A DNA stretch of 64,000 nt from positions 163,103 to 227,102 of the forward strand of contig CALVQK010000001.1 in the NCBI GenBank assembly GCA_944358305.1. The letters run 5' to 3'. Position 1 is the stretch's first letter. Each line of letters begins with the position of its first letter. Positions 59,347-64,000 of the stretch are shown here, piece after piece. Both the position numbers and the translations under genes were made by a program. Under the pieces are notes generated by a model. That model saw only the letters and a program-made list of their open reading frames with translations. It had not been told where the DNA came from and searched no databases. The stretch comes from an uncultured Bacilli bacterium (GTDB lineage Bacteria > Bacillota_I > Bacilli_A > RF39 > UBA660).

Positions 59347-59968
59347 GTCTCATTTTAATATCCTCACTTATTATATCAGTACAAAGTTTTATAAATGGTT
59401 TAATATTATCTATATCAAAAGAATAAGCAAAGCTCTTCTTACTATTTTCAATAATTATTCCCATCTTATCAACTATTATCTGTAACTTATCAATTGGTAT
59501 CTCATCAAAATCAATGTTAGGAGTCCTTAACTCTTCATAAAACAATGATAAGTCCAAATTATATTCATCAATAAGTAAAACATTTAAATTAGTATAATCA
59601 TTATAAATTAGTCTTGTTATCTCCTCTGCACTACATTTAAGCGTTTCTCCAGATAAAAGTTTTATATAGTCATTACTATTAGATATTTCCCTAATAAAAT
59701 ATTTAAACCAAAGATAATCTGTAAAAAGATGAATATAATATCCCATTATGAAAGGACTATCTAATTTCTTTTCATATTTCTTTAAAAAAGCTTCTAAATT
59801 AGGTAGGTCACTATCTTTATTAGTTAAAAAATGAGACTTAACTTTAGTTTCTCCTAAATGTTTACTAATATCAGGAGCAATTGTTCCTAAAAATAGTTCC
59901 TTTTCATTCATATTTAAATTTTTATTAATTTCTTTAGCGACTGCTAAATGTATAACTGCACTTGCCAT
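59339..59968 (-). CDS. hypothetical protein, possibly zinc-dependent phospholipase C-family-like metal hydrolase
   Basis: VIHLAVAKE...APD..H...YYIHLFTDYLW resembles the H/PD/H..HL.TD pattern of that family. Weak. Confidence 0.3.
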   Translation of the reverse strand: MASAVIHLAVAKEINKNLNMNEKELFLGTIAPDISKHLGETKVKSHFLTNKDSDLPNLEAFLKKYEKKLDSPFIMGYYIHLFTDYLWFKYFIREISNSNDYIKLLSGETLKCSAEEITRLIYNDYTNLNVLLIDEYNLDLSLFYEELRTPNIDFDEIPIDKLQIIVDKMGIIIENSKKSFAYSFDIDNIKPFIKLCTDIISEDIKMRLN

Positions 59969-60039
59969 ATTATCACCATAGTGATTTTAGCATATTTTCT
60001 GATAAAATAATAGACAAAATAAGAAAAATATAGTATATT

Positions 60040-60129
60040 ATATGCATACCTATTCCTAGTAATTGGAGTTCTTCCTTAAACCAATTACCAAGAATAAGGC
60101 TAATTATAAAATAAGAAAGGAAGGTAAAT
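60040..60129 (+). promoter_or_regulatory. rpsO 5' leader with hairpin (possible S15 autoregulatory element)
   Basis: TAATTGG-N14-CCAATTA stem-loop about 60 nt upstream of the rpsO ATG. Confidence 0.25.
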
Positions 60130-60399
60130 ATGGCTTTAACAAAAGAAGAAAAACAACAAATCATTAAAGATTTTGGTGTTAATGCTAATGATACTGGATC
60201 TGCTCCTGTACAAATAGCAATTTTAACTAAAGAAATTGATAATTTAACAGAGCATTTAAAGACTCATATTCATGATCATCATTCACGCCGTGGTCTTTTA
60301 ATGAAAGTTGGACAAAGACGTAATATGCTTAACTATTTAGCTAAAAAAGATGTTGCAAAATATCGTGAAGTAGTTAAAAAGTTAGGTTTAAGAAAGTAA
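60130..60399 (+). CDS. rpsO: 30S ribosomal protein S15
   Basis: 89-aa protein with conserved ...[22 protein letters not shown]... Confidence 0.9.
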   Translation: MALTKEEKQQIIKDFGVNANDTGSAPVQIAILTKEIDNLTEHLKTHIHDHHSRRGLLMKVGQRRNMLNYLAKKDVAKYREVVKKLGLRK

Positions 60400-60410
60400 A
60401 ATATTTACTT

Positions 60411-60447
60411 AAGAACTATTACATAACTGTAATGGTTCTTATTTTTA
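60411..60447 (+). terminator. rho-independent terminator after rpsO
   Basis: AAGAAC-T-ATTACA-taac-TGTAAT-G-GTTCTT then ATTTTTAT. Confidence 0.5.
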
Positions 60448-60462
60448 TATTAATAACATTCA

Positions 60463-62598
60463 GATTCAGGAAACCATTTTAGGATAATGGAATAATAGAT
60501 AATAATGAATGTAAAATAACAATAAGACTAAAAGTTATTGTTATTTTTTATTTGAACAATAGGACTCTATGTGTTAATATTATATTAGAAAAGGTAGTAA
60601 CAAATAAGTAGAAATACAAAAGTTAGTACATACTAAAGATTAGGAGTGGAGTCTAATGAAAAGATTATTACTAGAAACAAGCTTCAGTAAAATTTATATG
60701 ATCTCTGTAATAGTAATAAGCTTACTTATAATAGGAGGCTATTTTTCATATGCTATGTTTACAGTAAATAGGGAGCAGAGTAATGCAATAAGTATTATTA
60801 CAGGGAACTTAACTTATAAACTAGAAGTAGATGAAAGTGAAGGTAATACTTTAACAGTTCCACAAAACAGTAGTAGAGAATTTATAGTAACACTATCTAA
60901 TCCTAATAATAGAAAAGCAAGATTTAACTTTTATTATTTAAATGATTTACCTAATAATGTAGAAGCAGGCTATATTGTAGATTGTGAAACAAATACTTTA
61001 CCAGAATCTGTTGGCGTAAACTTAGAAACAAGTGGCACAGCAGGATCTAGTAATATATATAAAATAATGGTAGAGAATAATTCTAGTAATGATGTAACAA
61101 TAGAGTTAGGAGTAAATGTAGGGCTTGACTATAATGATTTAGAATTACCAAGTAATGGTCATATATTTAAAGAATATGAGAATGTTCCAAATGCTCCAGA
61201 GTTAGATGAAGGAATGATACCAGTAAGTTATGATGGATCTAACTGGGTAAAAGCAGAGTCTAATAATACAGATAATAGTTGGTATAACTATGATGAACAG
61301 ATGTGGGCAAATGCTGTCACCGTAACAGAAGAAACAAGAGATATATATAAGAGTGCTGATGTAGGAACAACAATATCAATGGATGATATAGAGACAATGT
61401 GGGTATGGATACCAAGATATAGTTACTCTATAGGAAGCGAAGATGGAACAAATTACTATGGAAAGAAAGGATGCTATTTAGAAACAGATCCTACTCAAGC
61501 TTTACCAGGAGAAATAGATGTAAGATTTGTAGATACTAATATAAAAGATAGAGGAACAGCCAAGTATGTAACAACAAGTGGAGCAAGAGAGTATTATACC
61601 CCAGATGCCTTTACATTTGGTAGTGTTGAGCTTAGTGGAATATGGGTAGGAAAGTTTGAGACAAGTAGTTCTAATCCAAGTGTAACAGCAGGAGGAGGCA
61701 ATACAACAGAGTTAGATGCCATGATCAAACCAAATGTGGCAAGTTGGAGAGATATAAATGTAAGTAATGCCTTTAATGTAAGTTTAAAGATGAATAATAA
61801 TGGAAATAGATATGGAATAGAGAGTACAACAGATACTCATATGATGAAGAATAGTGAATGGGCTACAGTTGCCTATTTATCACAATCAAAATATGGAAAG
61901 TTAGGTAATACTAACTTTACTGGGGCGGATAAAGAGATATATCAAAATAAATCAGATCTTTTTATAACAGGATGCAGTTATGGCAGTCCAAGTAACGGGA
62001 ATACAGATTATGGTTGCCAATATCAATATAATATAGAAATAAATGGAACAGGGGCAAGTACAACAGGAAATATCTATGGAATTTATGATATGAGTGGTGG
62101 TGCTCATGAATATACAATGGCAAATTATAATGATTTAATTGCAGATAGTGGTTTTTCTTCTATGCCTGACTCAAAATATTATGATAAATATACAACTGAT
62201 AACATGTTAACAGCTTGTAGTGGAAATGAATGTTTGAGCCATGCTTTATACGAGACTAATAATTGGTATAGTGATTATCGTGGTTTAGTAAGAGAACAAT
62301 ACCCATGGCAATTACGTGGAGGAATTTATAATTATAGTATTAAAGCGGGAATTTTTAATTTTGAAATTAGTAATAGTGCTGTTGGGGGTAATACTATAAA
62401 TGATGCTTTCCGTTTAGTAGCTACAACAAGTTAAGTGAGTAAAAAAGAAAAAATTAGTATTGTATAAGATATTTATTCATAATAAAAGGAAATGAGTTTT
62501 ATTCATTTCCTTTTGTCATTATTCTTAATTTATCATAACTTTCTAATCCTTTAGAGCTTCCATCTGGAAGCAGATAAATATAATAAACTTTAAGTCTT
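60463..62598. repeat. segmental duplication, copy B (inserted between rpsO and pnp)
   Basis: Collinear with 9507-11655. Includes a 34-nt relic of the divIB 3' end and a truncated relic of the convergent small gene. Confidence 0.9.
60656..62434 (+). CDS. N-terminally anchored surface protein with C-terminal FGE-sulfatase-like domain, paralogue B (duplicate of 9701-11470)
   Basis: First ~300 aa nearly identical to paralogue A. The C-terminal FGE-like half is roughly 75% identical, including WEY -> HEY within the GIYDMSGGA(W/H)EY motif. Confidence 0.6.
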   Translation: MKRLLLETSFSKIYMISVIVISLLIIGGYFSYAMFTVNREQSNAISIITGNLTYKLEVDESEGNTLTVPQNSSREFIVTLSNPNNRKARFNFYYLNDLPNNVEAGYIVDCETNTLPESVGVNLETSGTAGSSNIYKIMVENNSSNDVTIELGVNVGLDYNDLELPSNGHIFKEYENVPNAPELDEGMIPVSYDGSNWVKAESNNTDNSWYNYDEQMWANAVTVTEETRDIYKSADVGTTISMDDIETMWVWIPRYSYSIGSEDGTNYYGKKGCYLETDPTQALPGEIDVRFVDTNIKDRGTAKYVTTSGAREYYTPDAFTFGSVELSGIWVGKFETSSSNPSVTAGGGNTTELDAMIKPNVASWRDINVSNAFNVSLKMNNNGNRYGIESTTDTHMMKNSEWATVAYLSQSKYGKLGNTNFTGADKEIYQNKSDLFITGCSYGSPSNGNTDYGCQYQYNIEINGTGASTTGNIYGIYDMSGGAHEYTMANYNDLIADSGFSSMPDSKYYDKYTTDNMLTACSGNECLSHALYETNNWYSDYRGLVREQYPWQLRGGIYNYSIKAGIFNFEISNSAVGGNTINDAFRLVATTS

Positions 62599-62695
62599 TA
62601 CCTTATATACTTTCTGTTTTAATACTGAGATATTATTCATTTTAATTTTGATTACACCATAAAGAAAATTAACTGTTTTGATAAATTAATAAAAA

Positions 62696-62724
62696 GAAAG
62701 AGTAGAAATTTCTTTCTTTTTCTG
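62696..62724 (+). terminator. rho-independent terminator upstream of pnp
   Basis: AAAGAAAGA-gtagaaatt-TCTTTCTTTTT. Confidence 0.5.
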
Positions 62725-62757
62725 CTATTATATAATAGATTTGTGGAGGAAGTAAAA

Positions 62758-64000
62758 ATGACTAAAAAAATATATGAATATGATTTTTATGGAAAGAAAA
62801 TAGTAGTAGAACATGGAGAGCTTGCTAAACAAGCAACAGGTTCTGTCTTAGTTAGATATAATGATACTGTAATATTGACAGCTACTGTTATTAATAAAAA
62901 AGCTAATCTTTTGAGCGATTTCTTTCCATTAACAGTTAATTATCAAGAAAAACTTTATTCTGTTGGTAAAATACCCGGAGGCTTTATTAAACGTGAAGGA
63001 AGACCAACTGATGCTGCAACTCTTGCTGCAAGAATGATTGATAGACCAATGAGACCTTTATTTAAAGAAGACTTTAAAAATGAAGTTCAAGTTATCAATA
63101 CTGTTTTATCAGTTGATCAAGATTGTTCTCCTGAGTTAACAGCAATGTTGGGATCAAGCCTTGCAACTATGATTAGTGGTGCACCTTTCTTAGGACCTAT
63201 CGCTGGAGTTAAAGTGGGCTATATTGATGGGGAATATATTATTAATCCAACAGTAGAAGAATTAGAAAAAAGTGAATTAGACCTTACTGTCGCTGGGACA
63301 AAAGACGCTATTAATATGGTAGAAGCAGGCGCTAAACAAGTTAGTGAAAAAATTATGCTCGAAGGATTAATGAAAGGTCATGAAGCAATTAAAGAATTGT
63401 GTACTTGGCAAGAAGAAATTATTTCTGATATTGGTGTTACTCCTTTTGAATATGAAAGTTTAATTATTGAAGATAATTTAAAAGATGAAGTAGCTAAACT
63501 AATTGAAAAAGACTTAGATGAAGCTTTAAGAATTAAAGAAAAATTAGAGCGTTATGCTAGAATTGATGAAATTAAAGATAACTTATTAGAAAAATATAAG
63601 GAAGAAAATATTGAGTTAGAAGATGAAGATCTAGATTTATTACTTGTTAAAGTTGAGAAAATATTTAGTGATGTAGAATACAGATTGTTTAGAAATATCG
63701 TTGTTAAAGAAAAAATTAGATCTGATGGTAGAAAAATGGATGAAATTAGGCCTTTATCAACTGACATAGATTTACTTCCTAGAACTCATGGTTCTGCTTT
63801 ATTTACAAGAGGAGAGACACAATGTCTTGCTGTTACAACACTAGGCGCATTAGGAGAACATCAAATTCTTGATGGCCTTAGCTTAGAAGATGAAAAAAGA
63901 TTCATGTTACATTATAACTTTCCTCAATTTTCAGTTGGAGAAACAGGAAGATATGGTGCCCCAGGACGCCGTGAAATAGGACATGGTGCTTTAGGAGAGA
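62758..64000 (+). CDS. pnp: polyribonucleotide nucleotidyltransferase (PNPase), 3' end outside window
   Basis: The N-terminal RNase PH domain sequence matches PNPase. RBS GGAGGAAG. No stop within the window. Confidence 0.9.
   Translation, partial: MTKKIYEYDFYGKKIVVEHGELAKQATGSVLVRYNDTVILTATVINKKANLLSDFFPLTVNYQEKLYSVGKIPGGFIKREGRPTDAATLAARMIDRPMRPLFKEDFKNEVQVINTVLSVDQDCSPELTAMLGSSLATMISGAPFLGPIAGVKVGYIDGEYIINPTVEELEKSELDLTVAGTKDAINMVEAGAKQVSEKIMLEGLMKGHEAIKELCTWQEEIISDIGVTPFEYESLIIEDNLKDEVAKLIEKDLDEALRIKEKLERYARIDEIKDNLLEKYKEENIELEDEDLDLLLVKVEKIFSDVEYRLFRNIVVKEKIRSDGRKMDEIRPLSTDIDLLPRTHGSALFTRGETQCLAVTTLGALGEHQILDGLSLEDEKRFMLHYNFPQFSVGETGRYGAPGRREIGHGALGE

Noticed and set aside
1-64000. Mollicute-type genetic code (TGA = Trp), given the very low GC
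   Set aside because: Trp is encoded by TGG throughout (e.g. GWCWQ in the 1297 ORF). Several long, well-supported genes terminate at TGA (DUF1016 gene at 3870-3872, murG at 7938-7940, ruvB at 15809-15811). The standard code therefore applies.

Overview
This is a 64-kb chromosomal window from a very AT-rich, low-GC Gram-positive bacterium, most likely Firmicutes (Erysipelotrichia- or Clostridia-like). It uses the standard genetic code: Trp is encoded by TGG and TGA terminates ORFs, so it is not a Mollicute. Most genes are on the + strand.

The conserved backbone, in order, is:
- a CBS-domain family II pyrophosphatase (5' partial), uppP, zupT and a phosphohexomutase;
- murG-murB-divIB;
- yebC-ruvA-ruvB-queA;
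- tig, rpmG (missed by the ORF track) and efp;
- a PfkB kinase and hisS-aspS (short AspRS with a GTG start);
- dnaG-sigA-trmK, then trpS;
- rimP-nusA-ylxR-infB ... rbfA-truB ... rpsO ... pnp (3' partial).

This backbone is interrupted by accessory or unusual material:
1. A candidate type III toxin-antitoxin locus directly upstream of dnaG: two tandem 49-nt GC-rich hairpin repeats, a terminator, a strong promoter and a ToxN/AbiQ-like 155-aa ORF.
2. Four paralogous N-terminally anchored surface proteins. They share an N-terminal module, and their C-terminal domains differ (FGE-sulfatase-like in two, a repeated RPxxNL..GxG..(D/N)P(Y/F) module in the others).
3. An about 2.1-kb segmental duplication of one of these genes, inserted between rpsO and pnp. 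Its 5' half is near-identical to the original and its 3' half has diverged (mosaic pattern).
4. An in-frame VanY(M15)-TruB fusion ORF.
5. An 823-aa protein made of at least five sigma-70 region-4-like HTH repeats, plus a GNAT, inserted antisense between infB and rbfA.
6. A 733-aa type IV pilin-like protein (GFTLVE motif) with Ig-like repeats.
7. An Rpn/PD-(D/E)XK transposase-like gene with tandem duplications of its 3' end, next to a CPBP (Abi) protease and a putative Cys-peptidase-like protein.
8. Tandem polytopic membrane paralogues, the first with a frameshifted N-terminus.
9. A YhcG/DUF1016 nuclease gene.

No rRNA, tRNA or CRISPR array was found.
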